DNA from: Candidatus Dojkabacteria bacterium
GTDB lineage: Bacteria > Patescibacteriota > Dojkabacteria > J137
Direction: 5' to 3'
DNA: 64,000 bases
Assembly: GCA_025999215.1 (NCBI GenBank)
Contig: AP024679.1
Location: forward strand, 505,924-569,923
This document shows, piece after piece, positions 38,443 through 48,664 of the stretch (position 1 is its first letter; every line of letters begins with the position of its first letter). A program made the position numbers and the translations under genes. Below the pieces are notes generated by a model, which worked only from the letters and a program-made list of their open reading frames with translations, did not search any database and was not told the origin of the DNA.

Positions 38443-39541
38443 TGAAAAAAGATACTCTGCAGTCGAATAAAATTTCCTTTTTAATTCTGTTCTGTAGGTG
38501 TTTCATTTTTAGGTTATTTGGTAGTTAAGCCTTTTATTGGTGTAGTTTTAATGGCCTTTATCACTGTTTGGATATTTGAGCCAGTTTTCTTGAAGTTGAA
38601 AAGTAAGCTAAAAAATGAGGTTTTGTCACTTTCTCTATCACCTTGATTGTGATGTTGATGAGTATTGGATTACCATTATTGCTTTTGACTCAGGTTGTTT
38701 ATTCCCAAATTTTGATATTTAGAGACGATGTAACACAGGTTATTAACACCGGACAGCTTAAATAGCGAAGATATTTTAGAAAATATTAACGAAATACTTT
38801 TAAAATTACCTGGTGATAATCAACTTTCTGAAGAAGATGTAATTGCTGGTTTGAGCAATGTTATTGCACCAGTGGGTAACACTTTGACACAAAACCTAGG
38901 TCAAATAACTCAAACTTCATTTATGCTTCTAACTAAATTGGTTGTTTATGTAACTGTTGTATTAACTCTCTTACCCAACAAACAAAAAATTTTAAAATTT
39001 ATAAAACAACTTAGTCCCTTTCCAGAAGATTTTGATGATCTCTATATTAAAAGAATAAGCGCAATGACTTTGTCGATGGTAAAGGGAACTTTTGTTATTG
39101 CTTTTGTACAAGGGTTATTTTCTGCATTGCTTTTGTATATTTTAAACGTCCCATACGTCGCGTTTTGGAGTTTATTGGTTGTATTTTTTTCAATAATTCC
39201 AGTTGGAGCTGGTATAGTTTTGATCCCTATTTCTATTTTTCTTGCTTTAGTTGGAAATATTTATGGTGCAATATTTTTATTTTTGATGAATGCTTTGGTT
39301 GTAACTAACATAGATAATGTGTTACGCCCTATGCTTGTAAGCAAGGATGCTAAAGCTAAATTCTACTTTGACTTTGATAGGAGTGCTTGGTGGAATTCAA
39401 GCTTTCGGCTTCATGGGGGTTATTTACGGTCCAGTTATTATGATAATACTATCAACCACTATTGAGATATATACGTTAAACATTTTAATACTGAAAAAGA
39501 GGTTTAAGTTTTCTGCCTGGATTTTTAGGTTTATTTCCTAA
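38443..39541 (+). pseudogene. AI-2E family (PerM-like) transporter disrupted by multiple frameshifts
   Basis: Conserved C-terminal core IIPVGAGIVLIPISIFLAL...NIDNVLRPMLVSKDAKA and GVLGGIQAFGFMGVIYGPVIM is spread over three frames. These are ORFs 38851..39465, 39347..39541 and unlisted upstream fragments. Confidence 0.6.
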
Positions 39542-40030
39542 GTCTAATAAAGTGTTAGTTATTTCTTGGCTTGGGATTTCTCTCCAAATTATTGCAAATG
39601 GATTTATATTTATTAACTCCATAAATAACTCTATAGACGGCTCAAAATCCATATCAATTATAATTTTTAAATTTTTATTTAATTCATTAATTATAATTTT
39701 CAAAATTTCTAGAATTGTTATGTAATCTTTTGTTTCAAGTATTGATTTGTTGAGATGTGTTTGTCCAAGTTTATGTAATGGAATAATTACACCATCAACA
39801 GTAGTTTGATCAATTTTATCAACTTCGTAAATTAGTAAAGGGATATAGGTTTCAACAAAAAAGCGAATTTTTGAGTTTTTTCTAATTCCATTTGACGCAA
39901 GCTGTTTTTTTATTTTCAATAAATTTTCCAAAGATCGTACTGATGGAAGAATTAAATCTAATGAACCGGAATTCTTTTTGATCTCTTTGAGAGCATTAAT
40001 TTCTGGGAAAATTGACATTGGGTTTTTCAT
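39485..40030 (-). CDS. hypothetical protein
   Basis: ORF only. Lies downstream of the PPDK_N-like gene and fragments on the same strand. Confidence 0.3.
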   Translation of the reverse strand: MKNPMSIFPEINALKEIKKNSGSLDLILPSVRSLENLLKIKKQLASNGIRKNSKIRFFVETYIPLLIYEVDKIDQTTVDGVIIPLHKLGQTHLNKSILETKDYITILEILKIIINELNKNLKIIIDMDFEPSIELFMELININPFAIIWREIPSQEITNTLLDLGNKPKNPGRKLKPLFQY

Positions 40031-40643
40031 AATCCGTTCATCGTGAGTGAATGTTATGTTGCTGTCAAGAAGTTTTTTCTCTAAATCACCAATATCTGAG
40101 AACTTATAAAAGAAATATTTGTGTTGAGGTTACCTTATAGGCTGTGTTTATGTCGAGTTTTATGGCGTCAATAAATTTACTGGCTTTCACAACTTCATTT
40201 GAGTATTTTTCTTCTGGCAGTTCATGACGATCAAGAATAAGTGTAGTGCCATCAAAATAACCTCCATCAAATCTTTCTACATCTGCAATTATTTCGGGTT
40301 TCATTGAACTAAAATCTAGAATGTTTTTGATCTTAAAATTTGAAAAATTAATTTTAGTATTTGTATTAGTTATTTGGGCTTCATTTAAAATATTTTCTTT
40401 AACTGTAATTTTGGGTTTTACTTCCACCTCTTGTGGTGTTGATTTTGTTTACATCTTCAGTTTGATTTTTTTCAGTTTCATTATCTTTTTCTGTAAACTC
40501 TTGTTGTTCAAAATCTGTTAAATATACTTCCCCTGCTTCGATCTCCCATGTCGTTAAATTAAATGGTGAGATCTTCATCTTTGAAGTTTGCAATCTCTAA
40601 AATTAAATTATCAGTCAATTTTGGAACTCCTCTGTATTCTTCT

Positions 40644-41417
40644 TCAAGCTCTATTAGTTTTGTATTTTTTATTAGGATCTTTGAACACCCTAATTGCTAA
40701 TTTATCTTGAGGAACAATGTACTTTTCTGTAATCTGATTTCCTTCAACAATATACTTATCCGCGCCTGCAATTTCTGGGTGTTGGCAACCAAAAAAAGCA
40801 CTTATTTCTGTTCTGTCAGCCATAAATTTAGCATTTCCAGAAGCTTCTGGGTTTACTATTTTTTGAATAATTAGAGCAATGCTCAAATTTCCTTGATAAA
40901 AGTTTTGTGCTCTCAATAGCAATGCTTCTTTTGAAAATAAAAAACTCCAGCCATGCTTGATTTGTTCAAGTAAATTTTCGAACGAGCTTATGTTCATTTC
41001 AAAGTTAGGTGCTTCTTTTGGAATAAACTTCTCAGAAAATATGAACGATGGAATTATTTTGAAATAAACATTTTTATCTTGTTTAATTGAATCAAATGCA
41101 ACTTTTAGCGGATTTAAAATAATTGACGGGAGGCTAGCTTTGTTTAAAATGTCAGAAATATTTTTACTAGCTTTATCTGTTGATTCAGGGTCGTTGATGT
41201 CAACCTTGCAAATTTGATCTACGATTGGATCTACCAAAAGTGATGATTGAACAAAGTGATCAAAAGCTGTTGTAGTTAATATAAAAAATGGGGAAATTTT
41301 TGCCTTTTCTGATAGCTTGAAATATTCTAAACCTTTATGTCCCAAAATATTTTGATCTTCAAACTCTTTTTGTTTTTGGGTTATTACGTATGGCGCGTCA
41401 AAAAACTTTTTTTTCAT
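40644..41417 (-). CDS. PEP-utilising-enzyme N-terminal (PPDK_N, ATP-grasp-like) domain protein, apparently truncated
   Basis: ILGHKGLEYFKLSEKAKISPFFILTTTAF parallels vGGKgAnLgeL...VPpGFviTteAy. SIALIIQKIVNPEASGNAKF parallels sVAVlVQrMV.ad.SGVlFT. The reading frame ends at TGA, and shifted downstream fragments 40104..40593 continue on the same strand. Confidence 0.5.
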   Translation of the reverse strand: MKKKFFDAPYVITQKQKEFEDQNILGHKGLEYFKLSEKAKISPFFILTTTAFDHFVQSSLLVDPIVDQICKVDINDPESTDKASKNISDILNKASLPSIILNPLKVAFDSIKQDKNVYFKIIPSFIFSEKFIPKEAPNFEMNISSFENLLEQIKHGWSFLFSKEALLLRAQNFYQGNLSIALIIQKIVNPEASGNAKFMADRTEISAFFGCQHPEIAGADKYIVEGNQITEKYIVPQDKLAIRVFKDPNKKYKTNRA

Positions 41418-41541
41418 TCTCTAAAAAACTAATTACAACAAAGTATGAATATTTAATCACTTGATGTCAATATTTGCAATTTGAGAACATGTGAAATTTG
41501 TAGTAAGATTTTTTAGAAATATTATTTTTCAATTTAATTCT

Positions 41542-41835
41542 ATGAGAATTCTGGTTTCTGCCCCTCATTTAACCAAACCCACATTAGAAACTATTGAAAG
41601 TATTTCAAAGAAAAGATTTAAATCTATTGATAGACTTTTGAATCACATGAAAGATAAGTCTGGAAATTACCTTGAGATTAGTGTTGATAAGGAAGGTGAT
41701 GAGTTTAAGGTTGTAGCAAAACTTAATGCATTTAGTTTTTTTGTTGTAACTACAAAACATCGAGATCTAAGGATTGCTATTCGAGATGCTTCAAAAGAAC
41801 TTAAAGCTGTTGTTAAAAAAGCTAAGAATAATTAA
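41542..41835 (+). CDS. hpf: ribosome hibernation-promoting factor / RaiA (short form)
   Basis: MRILVSAPHLTKPTLETIESISKKRFKSIDRL and a C-terminal ...HRDLRIAIRDASKELKAVVKK follow the HPF beta-alpha-beta-beta-beta-alpha pattern. The ORF track starts at 41491; the internal ATG at 41542 is the better start. Confidence 0.65.
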   Translation: MRILVSAPHLTKPTLETIESISKKRFKSIDRLLNHMKDKSGNYLEISVDKEGDEFKVVAKLNAFSFFVVTTKHRDLRIAIRDASKELKAVVKKAKNN

Positions 41836-41841
41836 TCGCTT

Positions 41842-42252
41842 ATGAAAATTATGCTCAAAACGCATTTTAAAAATTTTGAAAAATTATTATTTATTCTTCA
41901 CTTATTTGAATTTATTTTTTTATTTTGTTTTTCAATTTTTGTATATTCTTTGCCTCGATTTATTGATAACTTGATACGTTTTTCAGAATCATGGGATATT
42001 TTTTATAAATTTTTGTTTCAATTTATGTTAAATTTTTTAAATGAAAGATACATTTTCTTTGGAAACATTGTGATAATTTTTGCTTTTTTGCATTTAATTT
42101 CAGCGTTAATTGTGCATGGAAAGTTTTATAAACTAAAGTTAATCAATGCTTTAGCTTCTTTGTTTTTATTTGTGTTCTACCCTATAGGTCCTTTTTTGTT
42201 GATTTGGAATTTGTTTTTAATTAATCTCTTTGGGAGAGAGAGTATCGAGTAA
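41842..42252 (+). CDS. small membrane protein, hypothetical
   Basis: Three or four hydrophobic helices; ORF only. Confidence 0.3.
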   Translation: MKIMLKTHFKNFEKLLFILHLFEFIFLFCFSIFVYSLPRFIDNLIRFSESWDIFYKFLFQFMLNFLNERYIFFGNIVIIFAFLHLISALIVHGKFYKLKLINALASLFLFVFYPIGPFLLIWNLFLINLFGRESIE

Positions 42253-42638
42253 TAAATTTACAAGTTTATCTGCATGCTGATTTTCGTTTCTAGGAATATG
42301 AATAAATTTTATCGTTTCAAATTTTGATTTTAATTCTTCAACTTGATCATAAGAGATCTTTCATTTTTAAATCGTTTACTTTGTATTCTTTGTTAAGTTG
42401 CTTTCACAATCAGTTCACTATCTAGGTAACAATTTAAATTTCTAATCATTTTTTTGAGAGCATTTTTTAATCCTAAAATTAATCCTGTATATTCTGCGAC
42501 GTTATTTGTGCTTTGACCAAGTAGTAAGCCACCAAAATCAATTAATTTGTCATCTTCAAATAAAAAGTAGCCACATGCGCTATCTCCAGGGTTGCCACGA
42601 CTACCGCCATCTGTAAAAAGTTTAAAATTACTATTCAT
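42253..42638 (-). pseudogene. rnhA: RNase HI-like gene, N-terminal part intact and C-terminal part shifted
   Basis: FTDGGSRGNPGDSACGY and TNNVAEYTGLILGL (RNase H motifs) lie in ORF 42393..42638. The C-terminal IKFIHIPRNENQHADKLVN (H-x-N-x-x-AD) lies in another frame at 42253-42392. Confidence 0.6.
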
Positions 42639-42653
42639 TTTACTTTTTAATAA

Positions 42654-43160
42654 TTATTCGTTTTTTAAATTTTTAATAAAATGTTCTACTGTACTAACCC
42701 AGAATTCTTTATCTGTTTCTGGTCCGCCATACTTTTCAATTATACAATACAAATTGTTATTACATGGTTTTATAAATTCTTGTGAAATTTTACATGTTAG
42801 TATGCTCAATGCTTCTTCCCAACTTGAATAAGTAACATTGTTCAGGTAGCCAAATGGATTGTATGTTTTGTACGGTATTCTTCCAAAGCCGGATTCTTTA
42901 CCTGCAATAGCAAGTATGGTATAAAAATCTCCTCCACATTCCACTGATCTATCATATATCAATTCAAGGTAGGGATCCATTGGTGAATTATATGATTCTA
43001 GGGATGCTCTTGCATTGGCTACAGCTCGAACTTTAGTTTGCTCATCTTTGATTTTTCTTAAAATTTCTTGTATTTGAATACTTTCATTTGTTAGGTTTTC
43101 TCTTTCATAGATGTCAGACACAGAAATTTTCAGCTTAGAATTATTCTGTTCCATAGGCAT
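42654..43160 (-). CDS. putative peptidoglycan hydrolase (glucosaminidase/FlgJ-C-like domain)
   Basis: DFYTILAIAGKESGFGRIPYKTYNPFGY resembles the glucosaminidase-family core ...ESgwG.S.la...NlFGi. Weak. Confidence 0.35.
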   Translation of the reverse strand: MPMEQNNSKLKISVSDIYERENLTNESIQIQEILRKIKDEQTKVRAVANARASLESYNSPMDPYLELIYDRSVECGGDFYTILAIAGKESGFGRIPYKTYNPFGYLNNVTYSSWEEALSILTCKISQEFIKPCNNNLYCIIEKYGGPETDKEFWVSTVEHFIKNLKNE

Positions 43161-43624
43161 TTATAAAGTTTAACTCTATTGTTCTTACAATGAAAAGTCA
43201 ATAAAAAAGAAATCGTTAATCCCAACTAAAGATGATGTTAAAATTATTTTAAAAACTTTTAAAGTCGGAGATATTCATTTGATAGTTATTAAAATAATGG
43301 ACTCAAAAATTTTAGCTTAATTCACCAAATACTAATTCTATAGTTTGTTTTTCAGATTTGCTAGTTACCACTATTTGATTTTCAGATAAGGCTTTTGTTC
43401 TGTGCGCTATCGCTAACAATCACTCTTAAGTTATACACAGCAGTTAGGCTTTAATTCATTAATTATTATATTGTGTTGAGTCTTGTAAATTGTGTCTATT
43501 GGTGTAGCCTGAGTGTAAACTCCATTACTTCCTTCGCCGTACTCAACTTGAGCTGTAGTTGGTTCATCTGTATCAATTGTTACAATCAAGTTGAGCGTTA
43601 TTACCTTCATCTCCTGTATTTGAT

Positions 43625-44581
43625 TTACCTATCTTTGATTCCTACTATCTCTGGTGGTCTGGTATCGGTTGCAGTTGTAAATGTAAATTCATTTGAGCGA
43701 GTAGAATTACCAAACACATCTGTTGCTACTACATACAAAACATATGAGGTTTCAGGTTTTAAACCTGATACTTCTTGTTCATACTCTTGTTGTCTTTCAA
43801 TATTTGGAATTGTTGAAACAAATTCTCCACCTTCGTTTAGGTTTTTGTAATAAATTGCGCTTATTGTTGGTACATTTGTGTTCCATCTGACTACAACAGT
43901 TGGGGATGAAACCTCTTTGATTTCTTCCACCGACAAATCGGTGACTTGAGGAAGAGGTAATGTAGTAAATGCTTGATCAATTAATGTGTCATACTCATAT
44001 CCGTCTATATCTGTTAAATAGATTCTATACAAGTAGGTGGTTCCACTTTGTAGATTGGTTAATGGAATACTATAACTTGATAAAGTAGTTGATATTGGGA
44101 GTGACTGTTCAATTACACCTGGGATATTTAATCTTAATTTAGTTGCATTTGATACATTATTTATGTTGACTATAGCACTACTTGTTGTTAGTGAACTTAT
44201 ACCTACATCCTGAATTTCGGGCGCAGGTTCAGTAACAAATGTTTTCTCGCTAGATACGCCCACATTTCCATCTTCATCAACCCAAAGCGCTCTGTAGTAA
44301 TAAGTTTTACCAGGATCTAAATTATTCAAAGTTATAAAGTGATTGGTTACTTGATCTGAGTTTGATATTTCTTCATCAAAATACTTTCCACTTTCAACTC
44401 CTAGCTGAATTCTGGAATCACTTGTTCTTTCCGTCACCCAATTTATTTTAGCCGTTCTGGTGCCAACCTGTATAACTTCTGGTTCAGTTATTAATTTTGC
44501 CGGTTCAGTGTATTTTCCTGTTGGTGTTTTTATCAACATTTCCTGTAGGCGCAGAACAATTATTTGCGCTATCACAAGCAA
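43625..44581 (-). CDS. C-terminal portion of giant surface protein (FN3-like repeats); continues in shifted frames to ~43300
   Basis: Repeated units such as AKINWVTERTSDSRIQ...GKTYYYRALWVDEDGN and VVVRWNTNVPT...SYVLYVVATDVFGN are fibronectin-III/purple-acid-phosphatase-N-like. A further FN3 unit (TDEPTTAQVEYGEGSNGVYT...) sits downstream in other frames. Confidence 0.55.
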   Translation of the reverse strand: MLVIAQIIVLRLQEMLIKTPTGKYTEPAKLITEPEVIQVGTRTAKINWVTERTSDSRIQLGVESGKYFDEEISNSDQVTNHFITLNNLDPGKTYYYRALWVDEDGNVGVSSEKTFVTEPAPEIQDVGISSLTTSSAIVNINNVSNATKLRLNIPGVIEQSLPISTTLSSYSIPLTNLQSGTTYLYRIYLTDIDGYEYDTLIDQAFTTLPLPQVTDLSVEEIKEVSSPTVVVRWNTNVPTISAIYYKNLNEGGEFVSTIPNIERQQEYEQEVSGLKPETSYVLYVVATDVFGNSTRSNEFTFTTATDTRPPEIVGIKDR

Positions 44582-47366
44582 CGATACAGTAATTGTAAGT
44601 TACTTGAGATAATCCAGTATCAATGTAGCTTGTTGATGTGCTTGATCCAATTTGAGCAAAGCTTCCAAAATTACTGCTACAAGAAATTTCTGTATTGGTC
44701 GATCTGAAAATTCTATAATTTGCAATTCCTGCTCCAACGTCGTTAGGCACATCCCAAGATAAAGCTAATCTCCAATTAGAAGTACTTTTAATTGATATAT
44801 CAGCTATATCTAAGTTTGTAGGTATTCCAGGAGCATCGCCTGTGTATTCAAAAGTGATGCTTTGATAAGTAGCGTAGTTAATATTTGAAGCTTCATCTCT
44901 TGCCACAATGTACATAGTGTTGGTGCCGGGCTGAGTAGCATAAGCACCAGGTCCAATGCTAGTTTCACCTGGGAGTGTAAAGTTACAAGAGCTGCTGGAT
45001 GGCAATGTATTGACAGAATAACAATATGTCAAACCACTAACCAAACCTGTGAAAGTTGCAGGAGGATCCCAACTAAATTGATATTCATTAACATTGTTTG
45101 AAGCAGGAGTTACAGATAGATTTTGCACCTCTGATGGTGCGCTGGTATTAATTTTAATATCTCCTTGCAGTAAACTGCTTGATACATTTCCTGCATTATC
45201 TAGAGTTCTAAAATAAATTTTGTTAACCCCCTCATTTAAATTTGGATAGTCATAAGTTGGATCGGTTGTGTAAACTCCATCATCAGCTAGCAAATCTGTT
45301 AAGCCCTCACTTCCATTGTGCAAGTCTCCATACCAAGTGCCCGTTTGTCCAATTCGATATTGTAGTCCCGCTACTCCACTAAAACTATCACTTGCGCCAT
45401 TAGCACCCACTGGCCACGATATAGTAATATCTTTAGTTGATACAAAATTTACTGGCAAATTTATAAATGCTGGATTATCAGGTGGAGTGTTATCGAACTT
45501 AAAATTAGTCAAATCTTGATAATCAATACTTGCTCCAGAGAAAATATTTCCTCCATTATCTACAGCTTTTATTGAAATGAAGTAGGTTTTGCCTGAAGTT
45601 AAATTAAGGCCTGCTATTGAATTTAAATCTAGTGAATTACCTTGAGCGATGAAAGGACAGAAAGCCTTTGGAACGCCATCGTCAAGTGATTGTAAAAGCC
45701 CACCAGTAATTGCTGGATCAAGATTACTTGAAGTTCCATCAGTTTCATCTAAAGCAATACAGTATCCATAAATTCCAGATCCACCAGGATTATCTGTTGC
45801 GCTATCCCATGTGACAGTTGGTTTAAAATTAATCCATGAACCTGCTGTAACTCCTGTCAACAGCACATTAGATGCATTGCTTACTGGATTATCAAGATCG
45901 TACTCTTGATAAGATATTTCGATTTCATAAACTTCTCCAAATTCCACACCATTGGGATCAAACTCTACTCTGAATTGGATATATTGATCTCCATTATTTA
46001 CACAATTATTTGATGATATATCGAGTCCATTAGTAACAGCATCACAAGAGCTCCAAGGTTGAGCATTACTCATGTTGCTCACAAAGTCTGATCTAGCTTT
46101 GATAGTAAAGGTTCCAGAAGCAATAAAACTAATTTCATTCCATTCAGTAGGGAATGTGGTGTTGAAAATATTTGAGGTTGCATAAGAATTCAATTGGTAA
46201 ACTTTTTCTTCGGAGTTAATTGTTACACTTACATCTGTGGTTGCGATTTTTCTGGCTCTTACCCAATCCCAGCTGGCAGAATAAGCTTGATTGTAACTAT
46301 AAAGATCTCCTCTTGCACCTAGTAAGACTTTTGCATTAAGTAATGTTCCCAAAGTGAAATCATAATTGTAAATTATATTATTATTTGCTATATCAAAGAT
46401 TTGTTGTTTTGAATTACTGCTATTGACAAATACACTACTAATTGCCCAATAACCTGTCTGATTTAATCCTGAAATGGTTAATATCCATCTATTATTCCTT
46501 CTCAGATATACTCTGTTTCCTGCACCGTGGAAAAGCATAGATGCTTGAATATTTGTATTAGAGTGTGCACCTATAGGCGTAAAGCCATTGGCGGGTAGTG
46601 AATTTACATATATTTTACTTTCAACTACATAAGTGCCGTTTAAAAGTGTTTTAGATAATAAATACCTGTTATTGTTACCTGCTTTCAAATACCCATCCTC
46701 AACCAACCAATTGCCTCCACTAGGTGAGCCAACAATAAGAGAATCCCATTTCGATAGGTCAAGAGAGATAGCATTAAAATCGTCAAAAAATAAAAAAGTT
46801 GCGTTACCATCAGATGCAGGTAATGCAGATGGGTTACCATAGTACATATAGATTGTATTATCGCCAATATTTAAATTGTCTACTTTCACCCAAAAATCTG
46901 TTGATGCTGAATTACATTCATTAAAGCCTTCAGAAATCCAATAAGATAGAGTGTTACCTGACTGGTTAGTAAATCTTACATCTGCACAATTTAGTTGCAA
47001 TTTTCCACTTGCAATAAGAGCTGACGTATCAACAGGTATTTTGACCTGAAAATCAGTTAATGTAGATGAATTGGGGTTATTTATTGTAATTACTTGTCTA
47101 TATTTCCAATTAGTATCAAACCAATTTGGATCAGTCATTTGAATTTCTATTTTGTTTGCTGAAGTAGTAACATTATTTATTTCTGATAAAGTATTTGTGT
47201 TAGATGTGATAACGCTTGAGCTTATTCCTCCATCCCAAGCATTTTGTATCCATGAATAGATACCAGCTTGAGCACCTCCAAAGTTGGAAAAAAGATAAAA
47301 AAGTATAGATATAATAATAAATACAAAAAAATATGTAGCTGGATGTAGTTTTTTGATCAATTTCAT
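44505..47366 (-). CDS. giant cell-surface protein: N-terminal TM/signal, DUF2341-like and LamG/concanavalin-like region, multiple FN3-like repeats
   Basis: N-terminal hydrophobic helix. DFWVKVDNLNIGDNTIYMYYGN has the DUF2341 YYGN signature. Long Ser/Thr/Asn/Gly-rich beta repeats. Overlaps the 43625..44581 ORF by 77 nt in another frame, which implies a frameshift. Confidence 0.6.
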   Translation of the reverse strand: MKLIKKLHPATYFFVFIIISILFYLFSNFGGAQAGIYSWIQNAWDGGISSSVITSNTNTLSEINNVTTSANKIEIQMTDPNWFDTNWKYRQVITINNPNSSTLTDFQVKIPVDTSALIASGKLQLNCADVRFTNQSGNTLSYWISEGFNECNSASTDFWVKVDNLNIGDNTIYMYYGNPSALPASDGNATFLFFDDFNAISLDLSKWDSLIVGSPSGGNWLVEDGYLKAGNNNRYLLSKTLLNGTYVVESKIYVNSLPANGFTPIGAHSNTNIQASMLFHGAGNRVYLRRNNRWILTISGLNQTGYWAISSVFVNSSNSKQQIFDIANNNIIYNYDFTLGTLLNAKVLLGARGDLYSYNQAYSASWDWVRARKIATTDVSVTINSEEKVYQLNSYATSNIFNTTFPTEWNEISFIASGTFTIKARSDFVSNMSNAQPWSSCDAVTNGLDISSNNCVNNGDQYIQFRVEFDPNGVEFGEVYEIEISYQEYDLDNPVSNASNVLLTGVTAGSWINFKPTVTWDSATDNPGGSGIYGYCIALDETDGTSSNLDPAITGGLLQSLDDGVPKAFCPFIAQGNSLDLNSIAGLNLTSGKTYFISIKAVDNGGNIFSGASIDYQDLTNFKFDNTPPDNPAFINLPVNFVSTKDITISWPVGANGASDSFSGVAGLQYRIGQTGTWYGDLHNGSEGLTDLLADDGVYTTDPTYDYPNLNEGVNKIYFRTLDNAGNVSSSLLQGDIKINTSAPSEVQNLSVTPASNNVNEYQFSWDPPATFTGLVSGLTYCYSVNTLPSSSSCNFTLPGETSIGPGAYATQPGTNTMYIVARDEASNINYATYQSITFEYTGDAPGIPTNLDIADISIKSTSNWRLALSWDVPNDVGAGIANYRIFRSTNTEISCSSNFGSFAQIGSSTSTSYIDTGLSQVTYNYCIVACDSANNCSAPTGNVDKNTNRKIH

Positions 47367-47423
47367 ATTACCTTATTCTATCATTATCAATCAATTTACC
47401 ACAACAAAAAAATCAACGCAATT

Positions 47424-48620
47424 TTATTCGGACAAAATTTTTAAAACTTCTAGCTCATCATTTGAAAGAAATTGCATCATCATTCCACCACCAACTGAAA
47501 CATGGTTAAATCGTGAAGGTTTTATTTTGAGTTTTTGCATAGCAAGTATTGTATCACCACCTCCAGCAACTTTGTAAGCACCCTTTGGAGTTCCAAGTGC
47601 AATAAATTCACCTATTGATTCTGTTCCTTTATTGAAATTTTCAAATTCAAATACACCCATAGGACCATTCCAAAGAACTGTTTGCGCTGATTCTATAATT
47701 TCTCTATACATGACAGTTGTTTTAGGGCCAATATCCATGCCAACTAAGTTATCAGGTATGTTTTGGTTTTGTATCTCAATTACTTTTGCTTCTGAATCAA
47801 AAGAATCACTAGCTAGGTGATCAATTGGTAATATTATTTCTGTTTTACTATTTTGAGCTTTTGTGAGAATATCTCGAGCTACATCCAAAAGATCATCTTG
47901 GGTCTTAGATTTACCAACATTTATATCTTGAGCTTTGAGAAACGTATAAGCCATAGCTCCGCCAAGTAAAATAGTATCAACTTTGTTTAAAAATTTTTCA
48001 ATAACTGGAATTTTGTCTTCAATTTTGGCACCTCCAAAAATACCAACAAAAGGTGATTTTGATTCCTCTTTCAGTTTGTTCAAATTTTCTACTTCGTTTA
48101 TTATACTAAAACCTGCATAGCTTTCCATCATTTGAGGAAGATCATAAACGGATGCATGCTTCTTATAGACACCAAAGCAATCATTTACATAAACATCACA
48201 AAGCTCAGTTAAAATTTTTAAATACTCCCTTCTTTCATTTTCATTCTTACTTTCTTCGCGAGGATCAAACCGCAAATTTTCAATCATTGTGATTTCGCCT
48301 GGATTCATGTATTTAATGGAGTTTGCACATGATTCAAGTTGTGTAAATTTGATCTGGATTCCTAGAAGTTTACCAAGAGCAAACCTTACTGGGAACAAAG
48401 ATAGTTCATCAACATATTTTCCGTTTGGTCTTCCAAGGTGACCAATTACAACAATTTTACAATTCTGTTTGAGTAAGTATTCATAAGTTGGAATTGAAGC
48501 TTTAATTCTTGTATCATCTACAATTTCTCCATACTCATCCAAAGGCACATCTAAATTAGCTCTGACCACTACCGTTTTACCTTTAATATCAGCATCAGTT
48601 AATTTCCTAAATTTATACAT
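47424..48620 (-). CDS. pgk: phosphoglycerate kinase
   Basis: KTVVVRANLDVPLD N-terminal motif, GGGASLE-like hinge (GGGMMMQFL) and ~398 aa length. Confidence 0.95.
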   Translation of the reverse strand: MYKFRKLTDADIKGKTVVVRANLDVPLDEYGEIVDDTRIKASIPTYEYLLKQNCKIVVIGHLGRPNGKYVDELSLFPVRFALGKLLGIQIKFTQLESCANSIKYMNPGEITMIENLRFDPREESKNENERREYLKILTELCDVYVNDCFGVYKKHASVYDLPQMMESYAGFSIINEVENLNKLKEESKSPFVGIFGGAKIEDKIPVIEKFLNKVDTILLGGAMAYTFLKAQDINVGKSKTQDDLLDVARDILTKAQNSKTEIILPIDHLASDSFDSEAKVIEIQNQNIPDNLVGMDIGPKTTVMYREIIESAQTVLWNGPMGVFEFENFNKGTESIGEFIALGTPKGAYKVAGGGDTILAMQKLKIKPSRFNHVSVGGGMMMQFLSNDELEVLKILSE

Positions 48621-48664
48621 ATTTAATTATATCATTTTTTATGATTATTATCAATCTAAGAGGG

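Noticed and set aside
43473-43850. 125-aa plus-strand ORF
   Set aside because: It is antisense to the FN3-repeat region of the giant surface protein and is Cys/Ser-rich with low complexity. It is a shadow ORF.
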